A stretch of DNA of 64,000 nucleotides from Candidatus Latescibacterota bacterium (GCA_965197905.1 CBDAOB010000003.1:160001-224000), one strand, 5' to 3'. Counted from the stretch's first letter, positions 10,932 through 21,729 are shown. Translations and numbers: made by a program. The notes: generated by a model not told the origin, from the letters alone.

Positions 10932-11291
10932 ATGCGAATTCTTCTCGTGGCCGACACCCACATCGGTTTCGACATGCCGCGAAAACCGAAGGTGGAAAGA
11001 CGACGTCGCGGCCCCGACTTTCTTACCAACTTTCGGCGGGCGCTCGAGCCGGCGCTCAATGGCGTCGAGCTGCGATCGCAGCTCTCCGCGCTGCCGTCAG
11101 ACGCCGTGGTTCGGGTCCACTTCAACGGTCCCTGGACGAACGAGGCTCAGCGGGTCCTGACCGCCGCCGCCAATCTCAGGAGGTTGGGGCCGCCCACCAT
11201 GAATGTCAGCCTCCGTGGGTGGGGCGACGCGCGGACGCTTGAACGTACGGCCTTATCCGCTCGCTCCAGGCGCGGTAGGCGGAGCCCATGA
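10932..11291 (+). pseudogene. Internally deleted metallophosphoesterase (SbcD/Mre11-like) remnant
   Basis: MRILLVADTHIG (DxH motif 1) joined after about 45 aa to a C-terminal-like segment. The GD, GNHE and GHxH motifs are absent. Confidence 0.65.
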
Positions 11292-11385
11292 GGTGCACGC
11301 CATCATTCGTAAATTTCCGACGTAGCTCGCCGTGCTCGTCAGCCATCGCATTCCGCAGGTTGATGTATGTATACTCGCTCTGACT
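11206..11385 (-). pseudogene. C-terminal fragment of a GDSL/SGNH hydrolase
   Basis: YINL...TNDGVHL...AYRAW (block V DxxH) with no N-terminal blocks. Confidence 0.65.
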
Positions 11386-11386
11386 C

Positions 11387-14350
11387 TCAATACAGCCTTC
11401 CCTCCTCGGTAAAACCCACCAACGCCCGCACGAAAAAAGTCCAGGTATCAAAGCTTCGAGAATCCTGGAAGCGCGTATCGAACTCCTTCTTGTCCCGATT
11501 GACGCCAATGATCGTTACCAGCTCGTAGCCAAAATATTTCGAGCTATTGGTCAGGGTGACAAACATCGTGCGTTGGTCAAAACTGTTGCGCGTGGCCACG
11601 CGGTCCTGGCGTCGGTACGGCAGTGGCCCCAGCCCCTGGATCGCCGCCCGCAAGGTCGTCCGCGACAACAGCGGCCAGGTCAGGCGCAGCAGCGGAATCG
11701 AGCGCACCTCGGACTGCAACTCCAGTTCGCGCTCACGGTCTGTCAGGCGCAGCAGCATGAACTTGTACTGCGGCGTCAGACTCAGCTCGCCCCAGTGCCA
11801 GGTGTACTCCAAGCGGCTCACCCAGGTCCAGAAGTCCAGGCGGCGCGGGCGCTGGAAAAGACCGTTGTAGAGCTCGCCGCCCCGCTGCCAGTTGAGACGC
11901 AGGCGGATCTTCTGCACCACGTGGAGGGTGGACCAGGGCCGGAGCCATCCTTCCAAATAGGTCTCATTGACGTAGCTGTCCTGATACAAAACCAGGTCCG
12001 AACGAAAACGGTGGATAAAGTGGGGAGGACGCACGATCCCTGGCTCAGTATAGTTGAACGACAGTCCCCCGGCCCCGAAGTCGGCATTGCGCAACGGGGT
12101 CTCATCCATCACGACATACTCGTCCGCAATATCGTCCTGCACGTGGCGTAGTTGGTTCTCGAACAGGAACCGTCGCACCCTCCCTGGCCCTTCCCGCCGG
12201 TAGTTCAGCAGCCCATAGGTGGAGCGGTTACGACCCGAACCCGCGATCTGCTCGACCGCGTAGTGACCTATTGCTCCGGACCAGTGTCTATTCAGATTCC
12301 ATTGCCCGAAGAGATGGCACCCTCGCTGGTCATAGTCGTAGGGATAGTCCACCTCCCCGTCGTCCTCGCGGTAATCCGGCTCATCGTTGTGGTTGCGGTC
12401 GAGTCCGTACACATAGGCGTTGGGCTCCACATCGTACATCAGGAAAGGCTCTTCGAAGTCGGGGATGTCGTTGAGGTTACGGTTGATGTCCGGAGTCCCG
12501 TCATGGTCCTCGTCCTGACCTTTGAACACCCCGTCGATATCATACCCTTTGGCATCGTTGATCAGACCGGGGAGATTGCCCAGCCGTCTTTCGGGATAGG
12601 CGTCTCCATCCTCGTTGTCCTCCACCAGCTGCCAGTAGATCGTCTGGTTGGCCATGCCCGATAGGTTGGTGTCGGTCAGGCCCTTCTCCCAGTCCACGAA
12701 GGTGCGCATCTCGGTCTGAAACCCCGGATTGATCGCATAGAACTCGCTGCCCAGCCCCCCGTGCCCAAACCAGTGCGTTGCATTGAGGTAATAGGCCGAG
12801 CCCCGTTGCGCAGAGCGGGGACCTTCGTCGAAGAACGGCGCTCCTTCCCTCTCTCCCGGATAGCGCGCATATACCGACGAACGTGCGTACTCGCCAATGA
12901 CCTCCAGGCCCGGCAGGCGCAGACGCACATCCGCACTGTAGGCGAAGTGTCCGGTATGTTCCGCGATCTCGAAGCGCACCCGTTCAAAGTTCGACCTATC
13001 CTGCACATTGCCCTCTGCGCGCAACGCCATGTGATAAAAGCTGCTGCGAAACTTCTGGTAGTAGGTCTTGCCGCGCGGGTCTATCGTGTTCAGCAGGGAA
13101 ACCTCTACTCGGTAGTCATTGCCCAGAAGCGCCTCCACCTCCACCGACTCGACGACAGGCTCCTGCGACACGTCGAATAGAAAGATCAACTGCTCGTTGC
13201 CGTCGGCGCGCAGGATCCCAGCGGAGGTTTCCACCGTAAAATTCGTCAGGAGGCCTTCAAGATTGGTGGCATCGCTGACATCTACTCCCGCCGCGTGGTC
13301 CAGCCGGTAGAGATAATCCGCGTACAGCGGAATCTTGCGCTCCCGATAAAAATTCGAGCGGTCGAAATCGCCGTCGTGAACACTGGGGGTATTGTAGTTT
13401 ACCGGACGGAATCGACCGGTGGCCTGCAGGATTCGACCGACCTGCGAGGTGGCACCCGCCTGCTGCCGGACTACCCGAGGCTCCAGGTCCGGCCGTGTCA
13501 CGCCATTGACCACGAGCTGTACCTCCTGTACGACGGCTCCGGCCACACCATCCTGCGGCGAGTCGTCCGCGAAACGCACCAGGATCCAGTCTATGAGGGG
13601 CCGGTCGGGCCGCAGCCGGCCCTTCAGGCTGTTGCCCGGCTTGGTGCTCTGGTATACGTGCTGGTTTACCCAGTTGAGACCCACCTGTAAGCGACCCAGG
13701 TCCGCTTGCAAGCGGCTGCCCAGGAGCAGGGTGGAATCGTCGGCAATGTGGGTTCTGTCCAGGGCCCAAATGGCCGGACCATCGAGATACGAACCGGGTC
13801 GTTCAACGCGCGAGGCCAGACTGGTCAACTTCAAATGAGGAGTGGAGACATCCAGACGCACCCCGCTGAAATCTACCTTCGACAGGGTCAGGGGTGTGAA
13901 GCGCGCAATCAAGGCGTCCCCCACAATCAAGCTATACCCCCAATCGCCATAGCCATCGCGCCCCATCACCACGCTGTCGAAGACGGTTACCCAGGGGCTG
14001 CGATCGGCGCCGATCCCGCGGTCTTTGTAGATACTGCTGCCCCACGCCAAACCCGGGACCCGGTTTTCTTTCCACGCGAACAGATCATACCCGCTGATCA
14101 GATAATTCCCCATCGAACCGTAGGTGGTGCGCGGCGCATCCGCATAGGGAAAGGCGTGATCTGGGTAGTGGGTATAGTTCCTGAGGGCGTAGTTGCGGTA
14201 GGCCGGTCGCTCCCAGCGCAGGAACGGCCGCGAAGAGGGGGTCTCGGGCAGTCCGCGCAGGCGCGCAGGTTCTTCTCCTCTAGCCGAAACGCACCATATG
14301 GTCAGCACTAGAGTGAGGCTCCAGCAGGTGTGCGTGGATAGGTAGCCCAT
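11387..14350 (-). CDS. Large exported hypothetical protein, putative outer-membrane beta-barrel with Ca-binding-like loops
   Basis: 987 aa, N-terminal signal peptide, clustered DxDxDG-like motifs, amphipathic beta-strand pattern at the C-terminus. Confidence 0.75.
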   Translation of the reverse strand: MGYLSTHTCWSLTLVLTIWCVSARGEEPARLRGLPETPSSRPFLRWERPAYRNYALRNYTHYPDHAFPYADAPRTTYGSMGNYLISGYDLFAWKENRVPGLAWGSSIYKDRGIGADRSPWVTVFDSVVMGRDGYGDWGYSLIVGDALIARFTPLTLSKVDFSGVRLDVSTPHLKLTSLASRVERPGSYLDGPAIWALDRTHIADDSTLLLGSRLQADLGRLQVGLNWVNQHVYQSTKPGNSLKGRLRPDRPLIDWILVRFADDSPQDGVAGAVVQEVQLVVNGVTRPDLEPRVVRQQAGATSQVGRILQATGRFRPVNYNTPSVHDGDFDRSNFYRERKIPLYADYLYRLDHAAGVDVSDATNLEGLLTNFTVETSAGILRADGNEQLIFLFDVSQEPVVESVEVEALLGNDYRVEVSLLNTIDPRGKTYYQKFRSSFYHMALRAEGNVQDRSNFERVRFEIAEHTGHFAYSADVRLRLPGLEVIGEYARSSVYARYPGEREGAPFFDEGPRSAQRGSAYYLNATHWFGHGGLGSEFYAINPGFQTEMRTFVDWEKGLTDTNLSGMANQTIYWQLVEDNEDGDAYPERRLGNLPGLINDAKGYDIDGVFKGQDEDHDGTPDINRNLNDIPDFEEPFLMYDVEPNAYVYGLDRNHNDEPDYREDDGEVDYPYDYDQRGCHLFGQWNLNRHWSGAIGHYAVEQIAGSGRNRSTYGLLNYRREGPGRVRRFLFENQLRHVQDDIADEYVVMDETPLRNADFGAGGLSFNYTEPGIVRPPHFIHRFRSDLVLYQDSYVNETYLEGWLRPWSTLHVVQKIRLRLNWQRGGELYNGLFQRPRRLDFWTWVSRLEYTWHWGELSLTPQYKFMLLRLTDRERELELQSEVRSIPLLRLTWPLLSRTTLRAAIQGLGPLPYRRQDRVATRNSFDQRTMFVTLTNSSKYFGYELVTIIGVNRDKKEFDTRFQDSRSFDTWTFFVRALVGFTEEGRLY

Positions 14351-14383
14351 AGCTTCCGACCCGTCCTCACCTATTCTAGCGGG

Positions 14384-16660
14384 TCACAATATCCTTCGGA
14401 GACTCTGGAGTTGAACGGCCCACTTCCTCGTTCCCTTATCATCGAGGCGGACCACTACTTTCAATAAACGATACTGGGGCACCTCAATGGAGCACTCCCT
14501 ACTCCATGTGCCCATCAAACCTTCGGGCAGATAGATATAGTGAGATTGATCCGTGTGCGGCGGACCGAGACACTGACCTTCTAGAGTAGCGCTCTCTTGG
14601 TCGTAGGTGAAACCCGTCAAGCCAACGGCCCCCGTTACGTGGCGGTCGGTACCTATCCAGATTGGTTCCGCGGTCAAAGGCCTGAAGAGGAACACCTTGC
14701 AGGAACCTGGAGCCAGCTCGAAGTCGAGGCGTCGACCGGGGCCGAGCAGTTGCTGCTCCCAGAAATTGAAGAAGAGATATTTCTTGCGGTCTCTTATCCC
14801 GAGATCCGCCAGCTTTATGCGCATGGATCGGGGTTTCTCCGACCAGTTGAAGAACCCCACCACCTGGTAGCGCATCCCCGCGGTCTGGGCCTCGAGCAGC
14901 CACACTTGCGGGGGGTCGTTTTCCAGCAGATCGACGGGACGGGCACAGGGACCGTAGACCGGGAGGGCGCGAGTAAAAATCCACCAGCGCTCCGGTGAAA
15001 CGTGTTCGATCACGCCCCCGGTGAGCCAGGAGAAACCGCTCAAAGCGCCGAAGCTGGTCCACATCTTGACCCGATCGAGGGTGGCCGTCATGCCTCCCTC
15101 CCCCTGCGTTCCCCAGGTAAAGGGATGCAGCTGGGGATCGAAGAACTCGTGGTCGAGCTGAAACCAGCGCTGATGATAGTAATACCGGTCGCAGGCCATG
15201 CGCACCAGCCAGTTTTCCATGCCGCCGCGCCAATCACCGGCGTGGCGAAAGCCATCGGCAATGCCGATGACGGTACCGGCGCCGCTGGAGGCTTCAATGA
15301 AGACGTCGGGGCCGACGCGGTCGCGGACCGCCTGGAAGCGGCTGCGGATTCCTTGCGCCATGGTGTGGGTATCGTCGGTGGTGGCGTAGTCGTGTCTGGG
15401 GAAATCGAAGAAGAGATACTCATACCCCCAACGTTCGACCGCCATGGCAAAGAGCTCGGCCGCCAGTTGGTCGTGTGCGGGCGGGCCGCTGCAGATGTTG
15501 AGGAACGGCCGGCAGACCAGCGCCGGGCGATAGCCGCGCCGTTTCAGGTCGCGCACATGCGCTTCGATCCCGTTTGGAAAATCGGTTCTGCTGTCGTAGA
15601 TATCCGGCGTGAAACCCTTTTCGTAAACCAGCTCGATAAGTCCCTCTTCTACCGGCGCGATCGGCAGGCTGGTCCATTCCTCGCGCAGGGACATCCCCGG
15701 AGGGCCTGAGCTCAGTCCAGCCAGCTGGGTCTTGAAGGTGTCCAGTCCGTAGGGTTGGAGATGGGTGTCAACGACGCGGCGCAGGGTCTGGATGCGCTTC
15801 TCCGTGAGCGGGTGTTTCTCCAGATCATCCGCGCCCGACCTGTCGCCGCCATAGGCCGCGAAGATCCCCCCATAGGGAGGATGACGCAGTCGCAAGTCGA
15901 GATATTCGCACACGAGGTCGGCATACTGCGTCAGCCCACGGTGCATATCCGCGGCGGTAAGGATCACCATGCGCTGCAGTTCGAAGGTTTTACCGGGCGG
16001 CAATCGCAACGGTCGTTCCTGCCGATCGACCCAGAGCCATCCGCCCATCTCCATGCCGAGGTTTTGCTGCGCGCGGACGAAACCAATGCTCGCAAAGGAG
16101 GTGCCCGGCGCGCCGATGCCGGCGATGAGGGCGTTGCCTCCGGGTTCTCCCACGCCGACGCTCCAGTAGCCACGGTGGAAATCCTCTTCGGGGACGGGAA
16201 AGCGCCACTCCTCCGGAGGATGGTGCATCCACGGCGCGTTGTTGAGAACAAGAGCCCGCGCGGGATCCAGCTCTGACGTGACCGTCGATCCGGCGCCGGG
16301 ATTGGCATGCAACACAAAAAGGCGCAACAAGCGCCGATCCTGGCCGCCGAGGTTGCGCACCTTCATCCACAAAGCGGCCAGCGGACGCAGTTGATAGATC
16401 ACCGCACACCACTCCACCTGCAGCTCATCCCCACAGGCAAGCACGACCCTCAAACCGGAGCACTGACCCCATGGATCGGCCGCGGTAAGGGGCGTCACCT
16501 CGAGGGTTTCCCACTCCGGACTGAAGCTGGTTGCTCCGTCAGCCTTCTGTACGCCGATACGAGCCGAGCGCACCTCAGCGGCAGGGCTGTCGATGCCAGC
16601 CGGAATCGCAAGATCGAATCGACCGCTGGCGAAGGTTACTTCAGCATGTCCGCTTTGCAT
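14384..16660 (-). CDS. Divergent GH36/GH27-like glycoside hydrolase
   Basis: DFPNGI, WGYEYLFFDF, FRHAGD, C-terminal VGFFNW/FNFWEQ/GTDRHVT domain. Confidence 0.6.
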   Translation of the reverse strand: MQSGHAEVTFASGRFDLAIPAGIDSPAAEVRSARIGVQKADGATSFSPEWETLEVTPLTAADPWGQCSGLRVVLACGDELQVEWCAVIYQLRPLAALWMKVRNLGGQDRRLLRLFVLHANPGAGSTVTSELDPARALVLNNAPWMHHPPEEWRFPVPEEDFHRGYWSVGVGEPGGNALIAGIGAPGTSFASIGFVRAQQNLGMEMGGWLWVDRQERPLRLPPGKTFELQRMVILTAADMHRGLTQYADLVCEYLDLRLRHPPYGGIFAAYGGDRSGADDLEKHPLTEKRIQTLRRVVDTHLQPYGLDTFKTQLAGLSSGPPGMSLREEWTSLPIAPVEEGLIELVYEKGFTPDIYDSRTDFPNGIEAHVRDLKRRGYRPALVCRPFLNICSGPPAHDQLAAELFAMAVERWGYEYLFFDFPRHDYATTDDTHTMAQGIRSRFQAVRDRVGPDVFIEASSGAGTVIGIADGFRHAGDWRGGMENWLVRMACDRYYYHQRWFQLDHEFFDPQLHPFTWGTQGEGGMTATLDRVKMWTSFGALSGFSWLTGGVIEHVSPERWWIFTRALPVYGPCARPVDLLENDPPQVWLLEAQTAGMRYQVVGFFNWSEKPRSMRIKLADLGIRDRKKYLFFNFWEQQLLGPGRRLDFELAPGSCKVFLFRPLTAEPIWIGTDRHVTGAVGLTGFTYDQESATLEGQCLGPPHTDQSHYIYLPEGLMGTWSRECSIEVPQYRLLKVVVRLDDKGTRKWAVQLQSLRRIL

Positions 16661-16777
16661 GGTTCAATCTCGACGTGGGGCGTACCCCCTGGTGCGGCGT
16701 TTGTTCGGTCAGCTATTCCAGCTACAAGCCACCAAACGAAACCACGGGTGCGAACGGGGCGGTTCTGGTAGATCGGG

Positions 16778-16987
16778 TCATGGTTCGGCAACGATCTCCG
16801 AGCGCTCGCAGGCTAACCCGTTGCAAAGGCGCGTGACGATCTCTTCCTCTACCTCCGATTCGTTGCCAACAAGGATCTGCGTGAGGCGGTCGTAGCTTAT
16901 GCCCACAAGGTTTGCCACCTGGTGTTTGAAGAGGAAGTTGCGGCGCAGCATCACGCTCCGAATCGCTTCCACATCCAGTTTGGCCAT
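16778..16987 (-). CDS. Small XRE/Cro-like HTH protein
   Basis: VANLVGISYDRLTQI...TRLCNGLAC pattern, 69 aa. Confidence 0.7.
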   Translation of the reverse strand: MAKLDVEAIRSVMLRRNFLFKHQVANLVGISYDRLTQILVGNESEVEEEIVTRLCNGLACERSEIVAEP

Positions 16988-17117
16988 GCCTGAAAGATAG
17001 GTATTCGCGAGTCTCCGTCTCCACAGCCCTCCACGGGGCAGCAGCCGTCCGTAAAGCTGCAGCGGCGGCCAGCCTGCTTGATTCAGTCGTATACGCTCAT
17101 GGCCGCGGCCGGACCGA

Positions 17118-18005
17118 CTAGAATTCGTGGCGTTTGCGGGGAATGTGGTTCTTGGGCTCCATCGGCGGACGGGCTAGGGTTTCAGCGTCATCCTCGATGA
17201 GCGGCCGGCTGGAGACATAAGGCGGTTCCAATACCGCTTTCTGCACCTCGGTGAGGTCGTCGAACCACTCCGGCATCTCGGTTTCGTAGATCCCGGTGCC
17301 AAAGCTGCAGAACTTGGGGCTATAATGGTACATCAGCGAGCGACGTTCGTAATCCAATTTCCAGGGCAGCGATCCGTGGATCGTCGTCTCCATGAAGATT
17401 ACCAGGTCGCCCGCCTTACATCCGATGTTGCGCACCGCTTCTTTGTCGGTGTTGTGGAGCATGATGTCTTCCGGACACTTGAAGTTGGCCTTGTGGCTGC
17501 CGGGCATGACCGTCACCCCGCCCATGCCCTCCTCGACATCCCTCAGCTGATACTGAAAAATCGTCATGCCGGTGCGGAACTTCCCGTTGGCGTAGGTGTA
17601 ATGCTGGGCGCCATCGTACTGCCGGCTGGTATAGCCGTGCAGACCGTGACCACCACACCCTTTGCGCGCCATGATGATGCTGGGTCCACGCTCCAGCCGC
17701 CAGCCACGGCCGAACAGCGAGTTGAGGTACGGGATCGCCTTCGGATACGCCATCAGGTTGCGAAACGGCTGGCACCAGGGCTGTTCCCAGGTGAGCATTC
17801 CGTGGGCGGTGCGAATGCTGTACTCCCCATCCATGCCACCGGCGTACTGATTGGGTCCGGTCCACTCGTATTCCTCCATCGGCACGACGTTGGCATCCAC
17901 CGCGTCGTTGAGGGCCTTAACCTCTTCAGCGGTGAGGAGATTCTTGACGTGCAGAAAGCCTTGTAAGTCAAAGAGAAACTTCTCGCGCTCGGTCATTTCC
18001 AGCAT
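17118..18005 (-). CDS. PhyH-family dioxygenase
   Basis: FDLQGFL, VMPGSHKAN, KAGDLVIF..TIHG. Confidence 0.88.
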   Translation of the reverse strand: MLEMTEREKFLFDLQGFLHVKNLLTAEEVKALNDAVDANVVPMEEYEWTGPNQYAGGMDGEYSIRTAHGMLTWEQPWCQPFRNLMAYPKAIPYLNSLFGRGWRLERGPSIIMARKGCGGHGLHGYTSRQYDGAQHYTYANGKFRTGMTIFQYQLRDVEEGMGGVTVMPGSHKANFKCPEDIMLHNTDKEAVRNIGCKAGDLVIFMETTIHGSLPWKLDYERRSLMYHYSPKFCSFGTGIYETEMPEWFDDLTEVQKAVLEPPYVSSRPLIEDDAETLARPPMEPKNHIPRKRHEF

Positions 18006-18167
18006 GATCTATCTCCTCACGTGCCCATGGACGTTGTGGTGGCCGCTGCGTAGTCTACCGAGGTGCTAGCCCTCAACGAAGCCATAGACGCCAACCAAGA
18101 CAAGGGCGTGAATGACGGCGTCAACGTGGCCGGGGCTTTGAGGAAGTGAGTGAAGAGTGAGTGTCTA

Positions 18168-19145
18168 ATGGATTACCGAAAGGTTGGGAACAGCGGTGTG
18201 CAAGTCTCAAGCATCTGTTTGGGAGCGGCATTTCGTGGGTTCACACACGGCCGAACCGACGAGCAGACGAGTAGAAAAACCATAGAGCGGGCGGTCGATC
18301 TTGGGATAAACTTTATCGATTGTGCGAATTTCTATTTCGCTGGAAAATGTGAAGAGCTGCTGGGCGGCGTCCTCAAGGGAATGAAAAACAAACGGGATGA
18401 TCTCATCGTCACCAGCAAAGTCTGCAGCCCGATCGGTGAAGGTGTGAATGACCAGGGATTGTCTCGCTTTCACATCATGCGCGAGATCGATCGCAGCCTC
18501 AAACGTTTGCAGCTGTACCACGTGGACATTTATCTCCTGCACAACTTCGATCCGGAAACGCCGATGGAGGAGACCTTCCGTGCAATGGACGATGTAGTGA
18601 GTCAAGGCAAGGCGCGATATGTCGGCATCTGCAATTACAGTGCCGCCCAGGTCGTGGAGGCGTTGTGGACCTGCGATAAACAACATTTTGACCCGCCGTT
18701 GATCCTGCAGAACTGGTACAATCTGCTGAACCGGCGGGAGGTGGAGCCGGAAATCTTTACGCGATGCAATCAGCACGGTCTCGGTTTGATGACCTACAGC
18801 CCCATCGCCGTTGGTTTTCTGGCCGGACGAATCAGACGCGGCAAGGCCCTGCCGACAGATGCATTGCCGGTACAGAGGGACCGATTCGATGAGATGACGA
18901 CGGAACGGGCCGACGAGATCGTAACGGCACTGGTCGACATTGCTTTAGAGCTCGACAAAACACCGGTACAGGTAGCTTTCAACTGGATTCTAGGGCATCC
19001 CGAGGTTACGGCGGCCATCAGTGGGCCCGATCAACCCGAACATATCGAGGAAGTCTGTGGCTCCGTAGGTTGGTCCCTTCCAGAAGAAGCGAGAATGAGA
19101 TTGGACGATCTGTCAGCGCCAGAAGTGCCGGGAAGCGTCTTCTGA
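18168..19145 (+). CDS. Aldo/keto reductase
   Basis: GINFIDCANFY, SLKRLQ..VDIYLLH, YSPIA. Confidence 0.92.
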   Translation: MDYRKVGNSGVQVSSICLGAAFRGFTHGRTDEQTSRKTIERAVDLGINFIDCANFYFAGKCEELLGGVLKGMKNKRDDLIVTSKVCSPIGEGVNDQGLSRFHIMREIDRSLKRLQLYHVDIYLLHNFDPETPMEETFRAMDDVVSQGKARYVGICNYSAAQVVEALWTCDKQHFDPPLILQNWYNLLNRREVEPEIFTRCNQHGLGLMTYSPIAVGFLAGRIRRGKALPTDALPVQRDRFDEMTTERADEIVTALVDIALELDKTPVQVAFNWILGHPEVTAAISGPDQPEHIEEVCGSVGWSLPEEARMRLDDLSAPEVPGSVF

Positions 19146-19220
19146 ACAACTCGGTTGTATCGGCTACCTACGAGCAGCGCAAGGCAGATTCAACAACGAT
19201 CCATAAGCCTGGAGCCAACA

Positions 19221-19952
19221 ATGTCACAAATGAAAACACTCCGACAACGCATTAAGGAGGGTGAGGCGCTGGTCGCCTTCCGCCCCGAACTGTCGATGAC
19301 CAAGAGCCAGCTGGAAGATATATGGTCGACGGGCAGGTACGACTATATGCGCATCGACATTCAGCACGGGCCCTTCAGCGAGAAGCAGCTGGTGGATTTC
19401 TGCAGGACGGCTGAAGAGTTGGACATCGACGTGCAGCTGCGCATCCCACACACCCGCGAGGCCTACCTGGTCGGACGCTATCTCGACCTTGGATTCAGCG
19501 CGGTTCTGGTTCCGGAAGTCATGGAACCCGAGACGGTAGATGACGCTATTGCGTATGCCTACTACGGGCCGACCGGACGACGCAGCTGGGGCGGAGCCTT
19601 TCGCCGCGGTTTGAGCAGCGTAGAGACGGATCGGCTCACCTATGCCGCCTGGTGGAACGAGTATGTCGTTTTAGCTATTCAAGTGGAATCTGTCGAAGCG
19701 GTGACGAATGTTCGAAAACTGGCCAAGCCAGGGGTACATGTCGTCACCTTCGGACCCAACGATCTCTCATTCAGCCTGGACGATCATCCGGAGTATCCGC
19801 TGCGAACCGTCGACGACTGCATGCGCAATGTGGCGGCCCAGTTGGCCGGTACGGATGTGCGGCTGGCCATGGGCACGGACACGCAGCCGGAAGAGCGGGA
19901 CAAGTATCTGGAGATCGGAATTACACTGTTTCAGGAAGACTTGCCATCTTAA
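19221..19952 (+). CDS. HpcH/HpaI aldolase family protein
   Basis: IDIQHGP, LDLG..VLVP, QVES, FGPNDL. Confidence 0.85.
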   Translation: MSQMKTLRQRIKEGEALVAFRPELSMTKSQLEDIWSTGRYDYMRIDIQHGPFSEKQLVDFCRTAEELDIDVQLRIPHTREAYLVGRYLDLGFSAVLVPEVMEPETVDDAIAYAYYGPTGRRSWGGAFRRGLSSVETDRLTYAAWWNEYVVLAIQVESVEAVTNVRKLAKPGVHVVTFGPNDLSFSLDDHPEYPLRTVDDCMRNVAAQLAGTDVRLAMGTDTQPEERDKYLEIGITLFQEDLPS

Positions 19953-20032
19953 GGATGGAAACCAGACGCGGCCGATCCGCAAACCTTTTCAGGAATGCCG
20001 AACTTCGGCGAGAAAGAGAGTGCCGGCCGGCT

Positions 20033-21514
20033 CTACCTCGGGCGCGACGCGGTATGGAATTCTGGAAGCTTTTCCCAAAGTGATCCGCGGTGGTGGGGTA
20101 TGTGAAAGTCCCAGTACGCCGTTACCTCCTCCTCGCGGCCGCAGAACAGTGCATAAATCCTGGCGTTTGATGCCGTCACGCGCAGCCGAATCCAGGGTCC
20201 TGCCGGCGCCGCAGGGGACGGATCGCTCTTCCACCGGATGGGGTGGCGCACGGAATCGCCGGTGAGAGGCAGACAGTTGCCGAGCTCGAATCCGGCGAAA
20301 GGTTTGCCGTCGACGTCGGCGATTTCCACCCGAACTTCGCCGCCGTCTCCCACATCAGCGTTCACATAGAACTGCGGATCCTGCGCACGCATCGGTCGCG
20401 TCAGCAGCTGGCACGGAGCAGCCGCTGCGGTTAGGGAGACGAAGCGGTCCGGCTTCAGTGAGGCGAAACCGATCCCGGTGCGGGGCTCGGGTCGGTCCCA
20501 TGCGGGAGCGCCGTGACCGGTTCGGCTGCCGGCGTAATAAAACCTGATCTCGTCTTCCAGGAACACGAGGTTGGACGCCATTTGAATGCTGCCGCATTCC
20601 CACGAGCCTTCGGCGCCGAGAGGAATGAGGGGTTCGCCAAGCGCCATACGGTGCCAGGCGTACCCGCCTGCGCCCGACAGCGTTGGCCAGCCGAAGGATG
20701 CGCCGCCGCGGCAGTAAGCCAGCTCGGGCACCTGTTTTCCGCCTTTGGTTTTGTAATAGCCCATATCCTCGGGTGCGGTGCGATAGACCCAAAGGGTCCC
20801 TAGCTCGAAGCCTCCATACGGCGTTGCACCCAGTCCATAAAACTGGGTTTGCACCGGATCCTTGGGGCCGGGCTCGAGCACCATCCGCGTCTCCGACCAG
20901 TGCACAAAATCCCACGATTCAACCCGGGCGACGCGGCGGTCGCCGCCCTCGGGCCGGGTGTAGACCACATAACGGCCGTCGTGGGCTCGATGCAGCGACA
21001 TGGGACAGTCCGGATTGGTGGTAATGACCGGGTTTTCGGTTGCCTGGGTCCAATGGATCCCGTCGGGGCTGCGGTAGGGCGTTATGTTGCCGGTGGGTCC
21101 CGCTCCCACCAACATCTTATAGAGCCAACCCTGCCGGTGTTCCCGTTCGTCGAACAGCACCGTGAGGCCGCGCTCGTCGCCGGCCATCAGGACATTCGTT
21201 TTCTGCCCGCCATGGGTGACCAGGTCGAGATCGGGCCGGGTCCAGTTAAGGCCGTCCTCGCTCTCGGCGTAGGCGATCAAGATGCCACCCAGATCGGGGT
21301 TCTGGGTGGTGTACCACATCTGCCAAAGTCCATCCTCGGGCCGGCGGGTGACCGATCCATAGAGGGACAGGCGATCGGATTCGAGCGGCCGGTCCGAAAC
21401 CATGATCGGATTCCCGGCATGTTTGGTGGGAGGTTCCAAGGCGCGGACAAATCCTTCCACGCTCTCGAGGTCGCTGTAGTCGAAGAAGAGCAGTTTTATC
21501 ACCATGGCAGTCAT
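20033..21514 (-). CDS. Five-bladed beta-propeller glycoside-hydrolase-like protein with C-terminal beta-sandwich
   Basis: AESEDGLNW, SPDGIHW, SWDFVHW repeats; DRFVSL..VNAD..GDS tail; paralog of 54524-55897. Confidence 0.65.
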   Translation of the reverse strand: MTAMVIKLLFFDYSDLESVEGFVRALEPPTKHAGNPIMVSDRPLESDRLSLYGSVTRRPEDGLWQMWYTTQNPDLGGILIAYAESEDGLNWTRPDLDLVTHGGQKTNVLMAGDERGLTVLFDEREHRQGWLYKMLVGAGPTGNITPYRSPDGIHWTQATENPVITTNPDCPMSLHRAHDGRYVVYTRPEGGDRRVARVESWDFVHWSETRMVLEPGPKDPVQTQFYGLGATPYGGFELGTLWVYRTAPEDMGYYKTKGGKQVPELAYCRGGASFGWPTLSGAGGYAWHRMALGEPLIPLGAEGSWECGSIQMASNLVFLEDEIRFYYAGSRTGHGAPAWDRPEPRTGIGFASLKPDRFVSLTAAAAPCQLLTRPMRAQDPQFYVNADVGDGGEVRVEIADVDGKPFAGFELGNCLPLTGDSVRHPIRWKSDPSPAAPAGPWIRLRVTASNARIYALFCGREEEVTAYWDFHIPHHRGSLWEKLPEFHTASRPR

Positions 21515-21520
21515 CCCCGT

Positions 21521-21643
21521 CTAGTCACAGAATGGTACGATCGCTTTTGCTACTGCGTAATAGCCTGGTCGGCGGCCACTGAATGCCCCCAAGCCCAGGA
21601 CGGGAACTCCCGGTCCGTTTCTTCCCAGTTGTCGATGTTTCAT
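21521..21643 (-). pseudogene. Aldo/keto reductase N-terminal remnant
   Basis: MKHRQLGRNGPGVPVLGLGA, then a stop after 40 aa; AAGGAG upstream. Confidence 0.6.
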
Positions 21644-21729
21644 CGTTTGCTTTCTCCTTGCGATCGTGGGTATGGATCGATAAAGGAGTTTTTTCGGACC
21701 TTGTAGCAAGGTTTAAACAGGATAAAGCG

